Assembly: GCF_024521635.1 (NCBI RefSeq)
Contig: NW_026250415.1
Location: forward strand, 186,001-250,000
Source of the DNA: Tricharina praecox
Lineage: Eukaryota
DNA: 64,000 bases
Reading direction: 5' to 3'
Under the pieces are notes generated by a model, which saw nothing but the letters and a program-made list of their open reading frames with translations, made no database searches and had not been told where the DNA came from. Made by a program: the position numbers and the translations under genes. Position 1 is the first letter of the stretch. Every line of letters begins with the position of its first letter. Of the stretch, positions 47,491 to 59,546 are shown piece after piece.

Positions 47491-49510
47491 TCAATCCCCT
47501 CCGTGGTTATGATCAGGCCCAGGTATTTGACCTCCGTCTGGCGGAAGTGGCGTTTTTCTGGTTTCAAGTGTAGTCCTGCCGATGAAAACGCGCGTAACAC
47601 CTTGGTGACCTGTTTTCGGTGTTCTTCCAGTGACTCGCTGTAGATGAAGACGTAGTCTAGGAAGGCGGTACAGAAGCCGTCCAGGAACGGTTGTAAAACA
47701 TCGTTGATCAGGGCTTGGAAGTCGGCTGGCGCATTGGTTAGCCCGAAGGGCATTACCAATGATTCAAAAAGTCCGTAGCGGGTCCGGAAGGCCGTTTTCC
47801 ATTCCTCCCCTTCTGCCATTCGTACCAGATTGTAAGCACCGCGGATGTCCAGTGTTGTGAAATACTTTGCACCGGATAGTCGCATCAGGGTTTCCTGGAG
47901 AAGGGGAAGTGGGTAGCGGTTCTTGATGGTTCCTTCGTTCAGGCCTCGATAGTCCACACACAGTCGCAGGGAGCCGTCCGATTTTTTGACAAACAGGATC
48001 GGTGATGCCGCTGGTGATGAGGAGGCACGGATGATTCCCTTGCTCAGATTGTCGTCAAGCCATTCCTTGAGTGCGATCAACTCGGTTTTCGAGAGGGAAT
48101 AGAGGGGTCCGTAAGGGGGCACAAATCCTTCTTTTAGTGGGATCTTGTGGTCGTATTGCCGGTGGGGTGGTAGCTTCTGCGCCAACCTCTCAGAGAAGAG
48201 GTTGAGAAATTCGTGGTATTCGGGGGGAATGTGGGCGGATGAGATCTGTTTCTCTTCGGATAGAGCTTCATCAATCTCCGTCAGGGTCGTGGCGAAGATG
48301 GTGAGGTTCTCCTTTTCCGCCATCTGCTGGAAAGGCTTTATTCGGAGGGCTGAGATTCTGACCGTGGGTTTTCTCTGGTTAGCATCCTGCTGGTGCTCTT
48401 TGATCTGGGGAGACGTAATGCATCGGGCCACGATGTCGCCGGCCCCCGCGCTTTCCGCTGGCTCTTCCAGAGCTACGTTAGGTGCGAGAGCGTAGGGTAG
48501 TTCTGGTGGGTCCGTGGTGATACCGTGGGCTACTCTAGGTACCGTATTGCAGTGTGCAGTTCAATATTGGGAACCAAAGGTGAGGGTGCGGGAGCTGAAT
48601 CGGATGGCCACGCCGTACAGGTCCATCCAGGGAATTCCGAGTACGATTGGGTAGTGCCCCAGCTTGGTGACGAACATGGGGAGTTCTTCGTGGTGCTCTT
48701 AGATTGACAGGGTAGTGGTGGCGACGTGTGTGATGTCGCCGGATTCGATGGGGCGGCCGTGGATGACCTCAAGGGCGCGCGGGGATTCAAGGGGTACAAG
48801 GGGTAGGTGGTGATGGCGGGCGAAGTCTTTGTCTACAAAGGCCATTCCGGTTGCTCCACAATCGATCAGCGCATGCGTGGCAATGGTTTTGTCACCAAAC
48901 GAAAGGTTACATAGTACAACGAGATGTTTTCCTTCCATTGATGATTCCTCCACTACCATCCCAGACACTGACAAATTGGACAAACGAAAATCAGTAGAAA
49001 AGGGAGAAAAAGACTTATCCTGGGTACGACCAACAACAGTGCCATCAAGCGGTTGTTGGTCTAGGCTTTTCCCGACTGTCCCTGGTTGTCGCCACAGTTC
49101 TGGTTGCAGTTGTGGTAGGGATGGTCGGGGATCGGAGTTCCGGGCTGGTCAGGGCCCAGCTGTGCTGCCGCAGCGCGGAAAGGGTTGCGGTTCTTGTTGG
49201 GGCAGTGCCGGGCCATGTGGCCACTGCCTCCGCAGTACAGGCAACGACCTTCACGGAGCCGGGCGGCACGCTCTTGGTCAGAGATTTTCCGGCTGTTCGC
49301 GCTAAGGACCATGGGCCCCGGGGGTGCCGGTGTCGTGTTCGTGGAGTGGGGGACAAGGTTCTGAGGCTGGTGACGGGGCTGGGTTTGGGTTTGGTTGGCT
49401 GGCGGGGAGGAGTTGTGTGGTATGTTCGCATTGCGACGTCCTTCATGCAGCGGGAGGGCGCGCAACTCTGAGTCCAAGCTTTGGCATAGTGCCACAAACT
49501 GGTTGTAGGT
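47491..49510 (-). pseudogene. Diverged family B-like fragment (B'): Gag C-terminus, frameshift site, protease and N-terminal RT
   Basis: CLYCGGSGHMARHC, LIDCGA and [11 protein letters not shown]; stop at 48699-48701; FLDY at the catalytic motif; cut by LTRs on both sides. Confidence 0.9.
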
Positions 49511-52500
49511 TGTGAGACTGGGACGGGTTGGTGCCGTCGGAGTCTATGGTGATATCGAGGATAGAATAAAAGTCAGGGATTTCGATAATTCACAACGGAT
49601 TATCTTAAGGGTGTTTGTTCGATGGTTTGTTCGCTGCGATGATGATTATTTGGTTCGGTTGCTCGCTCGGTTCGACTTATAGTCGTTCCGATCCTCAGCA
49701 CGTGATTTCTCTAGAGTGCGGCCTAACGTAGCTCCGTTGCTTCCTTTGCATCGGAGTTCCGCGGCCTAGCCTTGAGTCGTCGTCAGCTCTCTTCGGATAG
49801 TCTTCTCGACTAGGCAGGTGGTAAACACCACGCGCCCAAGATAGATCGGAGTTTCCGAGCAATTATTTCCCTCATGCGCCGGCAGAATTCTTCGCTTGAA
49901 GTTGTCTGCCCCCATCGGTTGATGTTCGATTCTCTCGTCATAACAGTTTTTCCCTGGATCGGAGTTCCTACTGCGGGGCCCTATGAACGAAGATCTCAGA
50001 GTCCTCTGGACTGTTATCCCGATCACCCGCATCTCCGATTACTGTGTAGACTCTGGAATCCGTTTGCTCCCTCCTTCCTATCTTGTCCTTGATCGCGTCT
50101 AACTATCCTTTCCGCTCGCAACTCTATTCTAATCACCCGTACTATCGAATCACATCTCTTGCGACCGTCGTGACCTCCGATACCTATCGGGGTGTCACAC
50201 CATCTCCCCTCCCACGAGGCTTCGGCCCGAAGCACCCAAGTCCTCGCCTTTATCCTAACTTGATAACTGTGGATGAAGTCCTCCAACCCCTTCATCCTAC
50301 TACCTGCCCGAGTTCGAGGAAAACCACATGGGAAAAAACTCTTACTCATCTGTGAGCCGGTAGTCCCTCGGCGCATCGGGATTTTTGCGATGAAACTCGC
50401 GTAGCTTTTCCCGACCGCCTACTGAGAAGTTGTCGAATGGCTCGTTCGTCCAGTCCCGTCGTTCGGGGTAGTTGAGCCATTTGACGAGGTAGAGCACTCG
50501 TCGACCTTTCTTCGAGCTGCCCATAACCTCATCAACGTCGTATTCTTCGTTGCCTTCCACAGCATCGGCCTCTCGTAAGATTTGAGAGGGATCCGGTCGT
50601 GCTCGGGTGCCGGCTCGGAACGGTTCAACGAGCGAGACGTGAAAGACATTATGAATCTTCCACTTCCTTGGCAGAGTGAGCTTGACAGCGAGCGGCGATA
50701 CGATCTTCTCGATTTGGAAGGGACCATGGTTCTTGTGGTCCAACTTCCGCGAGGGTCGGCGGGTTTGAATGTTCCGCCCATTGAGCATTACCAAGTCTCC
50801 TACTTGATAAGCCGGTGCCTCCTGACGATGTTGACCTGCATACTTGCGCATTCGTTCGCGCGTTCGTTCGAGGGTCTTGATGTTTTCCTCGTGGACTGTA
50901 TGCATCCAGTGAGCGTAGACCTTGCTGGCGGGGTTGAGAGAATTTGCCGCAGCAGGGTTTGTCGCCGACGGGTGGTATCCGAAATTCGCATAGAAGGGCG
51001 ACATTCCGGTTGCCGATGTAACCGAGTTGTTGTAGGCAAACTCAGCCATCGGTAGGAGATTCACCCAATCGTTCTGTTCGTAGTTGACGAAGGAGCGGAG
51101 GTATGCTTCGATCGTCTGGTTGAGGCGTTCGGTTTGTCCATCCGTCTGTGGGTGGAACGCTGTTGACATCCGGGGCTTAATGCCTAGCAGCCGGATGAAT
51201 TCTTTCCATGTACCCGAGGTAAACCGTGAGTCTCGGTCCGACACTATGTCTGCTGGTAATCCGTGAAAGCGCCATATCTCGCGGGCAAAAATCTTCGCGA
51301 GATCCTCGGCTATCTTTCCATCCTTAGGTAGGGGGATGAAATGCGCCATCTTGGTGAAGCGGTCGACGACCACCCATAGCTGGTCGCATCCGTTGGATTC
51401 CGGTAGGTCGGTAATGAAGTCCATGGCTATTGATTGCCATGGGGTGTATGGTAACTCGAGGGGATTGAGTAGTCCATACGGCTGGTGCCTTGTTGCTTTG
51501 TCCTTCTGACACTGTGCGCAACTCCGGACGAAGTCTATAATCTGCTCGTCCATCTTTGGCCACCAGAAATTGCGTCGGATAAGTTCGATAGTCTTGTTCT
51601 GGCCCATATGCCCCGCGACTTTCGTATCGTGTTCCGACTCGAGGATGTGTCTGACGAGTTCCTTATCGTCTGGTACCCATAGCCTTTCTTTCCTATACAG
51701 GCACCCCTCTTCCATCCTCAAAATCCTGGCCTTTCGGCCCATCCTGCCGGAGTCCCTACTCTCGGCGGCCAGTTCCCAGGCCTTTCGGCCCTCCGACTCA
51801 GTGTCCTTCTGAGCCGCGTCCTCGTTCGTGTCCTTGATGCTGCTCAGAGCCTCCTGATACCCAGCATCTTCCTTTCCTACCTTCCTGACCCAACCCCGAA
51901 ATTCTTCATTCCACTTTGGCACGGGGATTGATTGTAGCCGAGTTGACGAAATCAGGAACACGGTGCTTTCGCCTCCGGTGCTGATTGATGAAACTCTCGA
52001 ATCGCCGCCTGCAAAGTGTGATTTATGCAGGATCGTCGTAATCGGCTGATCTTCACCCCCCCCTTTTTCAGGGCGGTACTCCGGGCGCCTGGATAACGCG
52101 TCAGGCTTGCCGTTCTGGCTGCCGGGCCGGTAGTAGATTTTGAAGTCGATGCCAGCGAGTTCTTGTGCCCATCTCGCCTGCCGTCGATTGAGTACTTTCG
52201 TGGTTGTGAAGTACTCAAGGTTCTGGTGGTCGCTGTACACCTGGATCTGGTGTTTTGCTCCCTCAAGGTATTGCCGCCAGCGTTTGAAAGAGTCTACTAT
52301 CGCGAGTAGTTCCTTATCGTGAATCTCAAAGTTGATTTCGGCTGGGGTAAACTTTCTTGAGTGGAACGCAACTGGGTGTAACTTCCCATCCTCTGTCCTT
52401 TGAGACAGGACCGCGCCCAACGCGAAGTCCGAAGCGTCGGATTCCACCACGACAGGTAATTCTGGGTTGAAGTGCCCGAGAATCGGTGCCGTGGTGAACC

Positions 52501-54087
52501 TAGACTTCAGCTCCTCGAAGGCCAGTTCCATCTCCGCTGTCCATCTCCAATCCTTCCCTTTTTCTTTTGTGCTCTCGGTCAAGGGTCTCGTGATCTTTGA
52601 GAAATCCTTGATGAAGCGCCTGTAAAAATTGGCGAACCCAAGAAAGGCTTGTACTTCCTTCAGGGACCGCGGCGCCTCCCACGAGAGCACAGATTCCACA
52701 TTGTCCTTAGCCATCTCAATTCCATCTTGGGATATCACGTATCCTAGGAACTCGACTCTCCCTGTCGACCAGACACACTTCTCTGGTGAGATTGCCAACT
52801 TATTTTCTTCCAACCTCCTTAGTACCTCGATGACTATCTTGTCATGCTCCTCGTGCGTCTTCGCATAGATGAGGAGGTCATCGATGTACGCGACCAGTCC
52901 CAGGTCCAACATATCCCGAAATATGTGGTTAATCATGTCCTGAAACGTCGCTGGAGCGTTGGTCAGCCCAAACGGCATGACCAAAAACTCAAACAGTCCG
53001 TATCGACAGCGGAAAGCCGTCTTCCACTCGTCACCTTCTTTGATGCGGATAAGGTGATAGCCATTCTTCAGATCAATCTTGGTGAAGACTTTCGCACCCC
53101 TGACTCGGTCTTGCAACTCTGCCATGATCGGGAGTGGGTAGCGATTGGCTACGGTAATCTTGTTGATACCGCGATAGTCGACACACAATCGGAGACCCCT
53201 GCCGTGCGCCTTTGGTACAAATAATATCGGCGCCCCGGCTGGTGATTTGGATCTTCGAATCTTGCCTGTCTGGAGCATCTCCTTGAGCCACTCTCTGAGG
53301 GCCTCAAGTTCTTTCTCTGACAGCGCATAGATAGGACCCCATGGAGGAGTCTCTCCTTCCTTGAGATCGATTGCGTGGTCGTAGGACTTGTGGTCGGGAA
53401 GCTTATCAGCTGCTTCCTTGCTCATGATGTTGGCATATCGTCTGAACTTCTCCGGAAGCAGATTTATGGGTGGATCTGATTCCGGGCCGGCTGAGACGTA
53501 TCCGATAATGCGAGCCTCCGAATTGTGAACGACAGACGTGTCAAGTTCCATCGGAAAGCTGGTTGCTTGTTGCAAGGTGCATTGTTCCTTGCATCAGGTG
53601 CTGGTGAAGCGAATTTTCTGTGCTTCATTCTCCCACAACCCTGTCGGTTCATGCTTAGCCACTCACCAATGCGGGAGGTAGGCATCGCAGTCGTCCAAGG
53701 GAGCCACTTCGAAGGTTTCGTTGGTGTAGTGCCTCCGGTGTTGAAGGAGCATCGGCATTGTATAATATTCCCCGGCTCCTTCCACTATGGTTCTGTGGAA
53801 GTCCTTGATTTCCACCGGCTTAGGTCGTTGAATGAGGGGCAACCCAAGTTCTCGTGCAAGGCTTCGTTTGATGATCGGAATGGCACATCCTGTGTCGAGG
53901 AGTACTCGGATCCGTCGTCGCTTGTGCTCAGACCAGAGGAGCATCATTTCTATGATTGGTCGTGGTCCGCTGACAGGTTTTGGGGGCTCACACCCTGAGG
54001 CGCTCGGCGCGGTTGGACTCGTAGAAATAGGTCGGTCCGTCCGTCTTCGCTTATCTCTGGATTCGCTGTCGATATCCTGAGGCCGTG
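49511..54087 (-). mobile_element. Family A copy A4 (3' half of A2): pol 54087-50342 with TGA at 53663-53665; 3' LTR 49511-50199
   Basis: 1077-aa RT-RH-IN-chromo ORF downstream of the stop, PPT at 50200-50213, left flank TAGGT. Confidence 0.93.
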
Positions 54088-54816
54088 TGTGACACCCCGA
54101 TAGGTATCGGAGGTCACGACGGTCGCAAGAGACGTGATTAGATAGTTCGGGTGATTAGAATAGAGTTGCGAGCCGAAAGGATAGTTAGAAGCGATCAAGG
54201 ACAAGATAGGAAGGAGGGAGCAAACGGATTCCAGAGTCTAGACAGTGATCGGAGATGCGGGAGATCGGGATAACAGTCCAGAGGACTTTGAGATCTCCGA
54301 TCATAGGGCCCCGCAGTAGGAACTCCGATCCAGGAAAAAACTGTTATGACGAGAGAATCGAACATCGACCGATGGGGGCAGACAACTTCGAGCGAAGAAC
54401 TCTGCCGGCGCATGAGGGAGATAATTGCTCGGAAACTCCGATCTATCTTGGGCGCGTGGTGTTTACCACCTGCCTAGTCGAGAAGACTATCCGAAGAGAG
54501 CTGACGACGACTCAAGGCTAGGCCGCGGAACTCCGATGCAAAGGAAGCAACGGAGCTACGTTAGGCCGCACTCTAGAGGAATCACGTGCTGAGGATCGGG
54601 ACGACTATAAGTCGAACCGAGCGGGCAACCGAACAAAACTACAATCATCGCACCGAACAAACCATCGAACAAACACCCTTAAGATTATTCCGTTGTGAAT
54701 TATCGAAATCCCTGACTTTTATTCTATCCTCGATTTTACTATAGACTCCGACGACACAAACCCGTCCCAGTCTCACACTATAATCTTAAGGTTACAGTCA
54801 CCGATTTCTATCGAAA

Positions 54817-56820
54817 ATGTCCTCCTCAAACCTCGACATGCTCCGCCTCGAACTTCCTCAGACCCTGAGCAATGCGCTCGTTAGCATCCCGCAAGCATCC
54901 GAAACCGTCGAAGTACGAAACCCGGCAGCCTGGCTCAGGCTGATGAACCACCAATACCAAACGGCACAAAGAGACCTGCGCCAGCTTTACCAAGCATGCG
55001 ATCAGAAGTTCAACGAAGAGGACTCCCGAATGCAGGAAATCAGAAGGAACTACGAACAACTCTGCGATGGGGTCAAGTATGTGTACAACCTCTACGCTCA
55101 CAATGCCGAAATGAATACAGAATGGCTTCGAACTGAGCTGTCAACGGTAGCGAACGCGACGCACGCCCTGAGCAGCGACGTATGGGCAGTCATTCGAGAA
55201 CGTAACCAGAAAGACGAAGACAACCGCGAGTTGCAAAGCGTCGCAAACGCTCGGCTACAAGACGCCATCGTGTTCCTCGAAACGGCGCAAGTCGAACAAC
55301 GCAGGGAGCAAGCGGTGTACAACCGCAACGTGGAAATTTGGGCAGGGAAACAGGAAGAGAAGGCAGAATACCTCTACAAGGAGCAACAGCGAATCAAGGA
55401 AAAAATCGCTCGAGCAGAGAATAAATTGAAGGCTGTAGAGGTAAGGACAGGGAAGGCGAAGGAAAAGGCCCCGGAGTGGGTAAACACTACCCCAAGAGGA
55501 GGATCGCGGGCAGAAAGGTCAGCAACAAGGGAAACTCCGGCAGGTGCAGGAATGTCCCCTCCTCCTCCACCCCCAAGACGTTCGGTGACTAACCTTGGAG
55601 GTGATCCCTCGGATGATGAACAATCAGATGATGACGGTTCCATCCCCTTGCCGCGTCGTTCGCCGCCCCGTCACCGACACGCTGCGCTACCAAGAGAAGA
55701 CGACGAAGACGAAGAGAGTCGCTTCGCTCGGATCATCGCTGCTGCCGTCTCCGCATCGAACCCGAGGGCCATCAAGCTTAAAATGAAAGAGCCCAAGCCG
55801 TTCGATGGCAAGCAAAGAACAGCCTTCCGTCCATGGTGGGACTCAGTCGAAGAATATCTTGAGTTCCACCCAGAGACAAACGAGCAGCAGAAGATAGCGT
55901 GGGTGGGATCCGGACTGGAAGGGACAGCGGCAGAATGGCATCAGGCCCGTCGAAAAAGCCTGAGGCAGCTACACTTGGAAGATACCTGGCAGGCGTACCA
56001 AGAGGCCCTGAAGGAGGCGTACCGCGACACGCAGGAAGGAGCGAACGCATTAAGAAGGATGTGGGCCCTCGAATACAAAGGAGACATTCAGGCTTACATG
56101 ACCTCCTTCCGATCGCTCAACATGATCGCTCGCGCCACCGGCGAACCGCTACAAGACATAGTCAACCAGGCCATGACTACCGACATCGTTGATATGTGCT
56201 TCAACCAGCACACCGAACCCTACGAAGACGATGAAGACTTCCTGGAAACGGTGCTCAGGGCTGGCAACCATGTGGAACGACGGGACGCGCTGAAAAAGGC
56301 AAGGGCAATAAGGAAAGGGGGATCGGGTAGCCAGGGTTCCGGCGGCGACCGGAAGGGACCTGGCAACGGCCGGCAGGGCCAAGGAAAGGGAAGAGACCCC
56401 GGGGGCCGCAAGGAAAGCGGGGAGTCCCCGGAGGGCCGAAAGGCCAAGGAAGCAACAGGAGTCAGGAAGGGAAGGACAAGGGAAGGGGACATCTACGCAG
56501 GAGCAAAGGAGGCTCTGGTAGGGGTTCCCCAGAAGGAGATCGATGCCCACAAAGCATCCAAGTGCGACTGTTGGCGTTGCGGACGAGACGGCCACCGAAC
56601 CTTCCAATGCTACGCCAGAAAAACAGTCGCGGGTACCGAACTCCCCGAGAGTCCAAAGGTGTCATCCGTGACAAAGAGAAAGCGGGATACCCAGGATACC
56701 GAACCCACTCGACCGAGGTCCAAGCAACACAAGGCTGCGGCGGTTGTGGTGGAGGATGAAGCAATGACGGAGGCCCCTCCATTCTTGGAAAGGAATGAGA
56801 GTGAGCCGGAGGATTTTTGA
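54817..56820 (+). CDS. gag: A5 Gag (667 aa)
   Basis: Open ORF, near-identical to A1 Gag. Confidence 0.92.
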   Translation: MSSSNLDMLRLELPQTLSNALVSIPQASETVEVRNPAAWLRLMNHQYQTAQRDLRQLYQACDQKFNEEDSRMQEIRRNYEQLCDGVKYVYNLYAHNAEMNTEWLRTELSTVANATHALSSDVWAVIRERNQKDEDNRELQSVANARLQDAIVFLETAQVEQRREQAVYNRNVEIWAGKQEEKAEYLYKEQQRIKEKIARAENKLKAVEVRTGKAKEKAPEWVNTTPRGGSRAERSATRETPAGAGMSPPPPPPRRSVTNLGGDPSDDEQSDDDGSIPLPRRSPPRHRHAALPREDDEDEESRFARIIAAAVSASNPRAIKLKMKEPKPFDGKQRTAFRPWWDSVEEYLEFHPETNEQQKIAWVGSGLEGTAAEWHQARRKSLRQLHLEDTWQAYQEALKEAYRDTQEGANALRRMWALEYKGDIQAYMTSFRSLNMIARATGEPLQDIVNQAMTTDIVDMCFNQHTEPYEDDEDFLETVLRAGNHVERRDALKKARAIRKGGSGSQGSGGDRKGPGNGRQGQGKGRDPGGRKESGESPEGRKAKEATGVRKGRTREGDIYAGAKEALVGVPQKEIDAHKASKCDCWRCGRDGHRTFQCYARKTVAGTELPESPKVSSVTKRKRDTQDTEPTRPRSKQHKAAAVVVEDEAMTEAPPFLERNESEPEDF

Positions 56821-59546
56821 GCGGCCCCAGCACTCCGCAGACTGGACGGCCAAGTGTATATGTTTGCGGAACGAAGAGACCACGGCCTCAGGATATCGAC
56901 AGCGAATCCAGAGATAAGCGAAGACGAACGGACCAACCTATTTCTACGAGTCCAACCGCGCCGAGCGCCTCAGGGTGTGAACCCCCAAAACCTGTCAGCG
57001 GACCACGACCAATCATAAAAATGATGCTCCTCTGGTCTGAGCACAAGCGACGACGGATCCGAGTACTCCTTGACACAGGATGTGCCGTTCCGATCATCAA
57101 ACGAAGCCTTGCACGAGAACTTGGGTTGCCCCTCATTCAACGGCCCAAGCCGGTGGAAATCAAGGACTTCCACGGAACCATAGTGGAAGGAGCCGGGGAA
57201 TATTATACAATGCCGATGCTCCTTCAACACCGGAGCCACTACACCAACGAAACCTTCGAAGTGGCTCCCTTGGACGACTGCGATGCCTACCTCCCGTATT
57301 GGTGGATGGCTAAGCATGAACCGACAGGGTTGTGGAAGAATGAAGCACAGAAAATTCGCTTCACCAGCACCCGATGCAAGGAACAATGCACCTTGCAACA
57401 AGCAACCAGCTTTCCGATGGAACTTGACACGTCTGTCATTCACAATTCGGAGGCTCGCATTATTGGATACGTCTCAGCTGGGCCGGAATCAGATCCACCC
57501 ATGAATCTGCTTCCGGAGAAATTCAGACGATATGCCAACATCATGAGCAAGGAAGCAGCCGATAAGCTTCCCGACCACAAGTCCTACGACCACGCAATCG
57601 ATCTCAAGGAAGGAGAGACTCCTCCATGGGGTCCTATCTATGCCCTGTCAGAGAAAGAACTTGAGGCCCTCAGGGAGTGGCTCAAGGAGATGCTCCAGAC
57701 AGGCAAGATTCGAAGATCCAAATCACCAGCCGGGGCGCCGATATTATTTGTACCAAAGGCGCACGGCAGGGGTCTCCGATTGTGTGTCGACTATCGCGGT
57801 ATCAACAAGATTACCGTAGCCAATCGCTACCCACTCCCGATCATGGCAGAGTTGCAAGACCGAGTCAGGGGTGCGAAAGTCTTCACCAAGATTGATCTGA
57901 AGAATGGCTATCACCTTATCCGCATCAAAGAAGGTGACGAGTGGAAGACGGCTTTCCGCTGTCGATACGGACTGTTTGAGTTTTTGGTCATGCCGTTTGG
58001 GCTGACCAACGCTCCAGCGGCGTTTCAGGACATGATTAACCACATATTTCGGGATATGTTGGACCTGGGACTGGTCGCGTACATCGATGACCTCCTCATC
58101 TATGCGAAGACGCACGAGGAGCATGACAAGATAGTCATCGAGGTACTAAAAAGGTTGGAAGAAAATAAGTTGGCAATCTCACCAGAGAAGTGTGTCTGGT
58201 CGACAGGGAGAGTCGAGTTCCTAGGATACGTGATATCCCAAGATGGAATTGAGATGGCTAAGGACAAGGTGGAATCTGTGCTCTCATGGGAGGCGCCGCG
58301 GTCCCTGAAGGAAGTACAAGCCTTTCTTGGGTTCGCCAATTTTTACAGGCGCTTCATCAAGGATTTCTCAAAGATCACGAGACCCTTGACCGAGAGCACA
58401 AAAGAAAAAGGGAAGGATTGGAGATGGACAGCGGAGATGGAACTGGCCTTCGAGGAGCTGAAGTCTAGGTTCACCACGGCACCGATTCTCGGGCACTTCA
58501 ACCCAGAATTACCTGTCATGGTGGAATCCGACGCTTCGGACTTCGCGTTGGGCGCGGTCCTGTCTCAAAGGACAGAGGATGGGAAGTTACACCCAGTTGC
58601 GTTCCACGCAAGAAAGTTTACCCAAGCCGAAATCAACTTTGAGATTCACGATAAGGAACTACTCGCGATAGTAGACTCTTTCAAACGCTGGCGGCAATAC
58701 CTTGAGGGAGCAAAACACCAGATCCAGGTGTACAGCGACCACCAGAACCTTGAGTACTTCACAACCACGAAAGTACTCAATCGACGGCAGGCGAGATGGG
58801 CACAAGAACTCGCTGGCATCGACTTCAAAATCTACTACCGGCCCGGCAGCCAGAACGGCAAGCCTGACGCATTATCCAGGCGCCCGGAGTACCGCCCTGA
58901 AAAAGGGGGGGGTGAAGATCAGCCGATTACGACGATCCTGCATAAATCACACTTTGCAGGCGACGATTCGAGAGTTTCATCAATCAGCACCGGAGGCGAG
59001 AGCACCGTGTTTCTGGTTTCGTCAACTCGGCTACATTCAATCCCCGTGCCAAAGTGGAATGAAGAATTTCTGGGTTGGGTCAGGAAGGCAGGAAAGGAAG
59101 ATGCTGGGTATCAGGAGGCTCTGAGCAGCATCAAGGACACGAACGAGGACGCGGCTCAGAAGGACACTGAGTCGGAGGGCCGAAAGGCCTGGGAACTGGC
59201 CGCCGAGAGTAGGGACTCCGGCAGGATGGGCCGAAAGGCCAGGATTTTGAGGATGGAAGAGGGGTGCCTGTATAGGAAAGAAAGGCTATGGGTACCAGAC
59301 GATAAGGAACTCGTCAGACACATCCTCGAGTCGGAACACGATACGAAAGTCGCGGGGCATATGGGCCAGAACAAGACTATCGAACTTATCCGACGCAATT
59401 TCTGGTGGCCAAAGATGGACGAGCAGATTATAGACTTCGTCCGGAGTTGCGCGCAGTGTCAGAAGGACAAAGCAACAAGGCACCAGCCGTATGGACTACT
59501 CAATCCCCTCGAGTTACCATACACCCCATGGCAATCAATAGCCATG
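56817..59546 (+). pseudogene. pol: A5 Pol truncated by insertion (PR, RT, RH and the integrase zinc finger)
   Basis: The open frame runs into the inverted LTR at 59547. Confidence 0.92.

Larger units (their letters stand above)
54088..59546 (+). mobile_element. Family A copy A5: 5' LTR 54088-54777, open gag, and pol open until interrupted in the integrase by A6
   Basis: PBS present; pol reads YWWMAK with no stop; ends at ...WQSIAM, CCATG, then an LTR. Confidence 0.94.
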
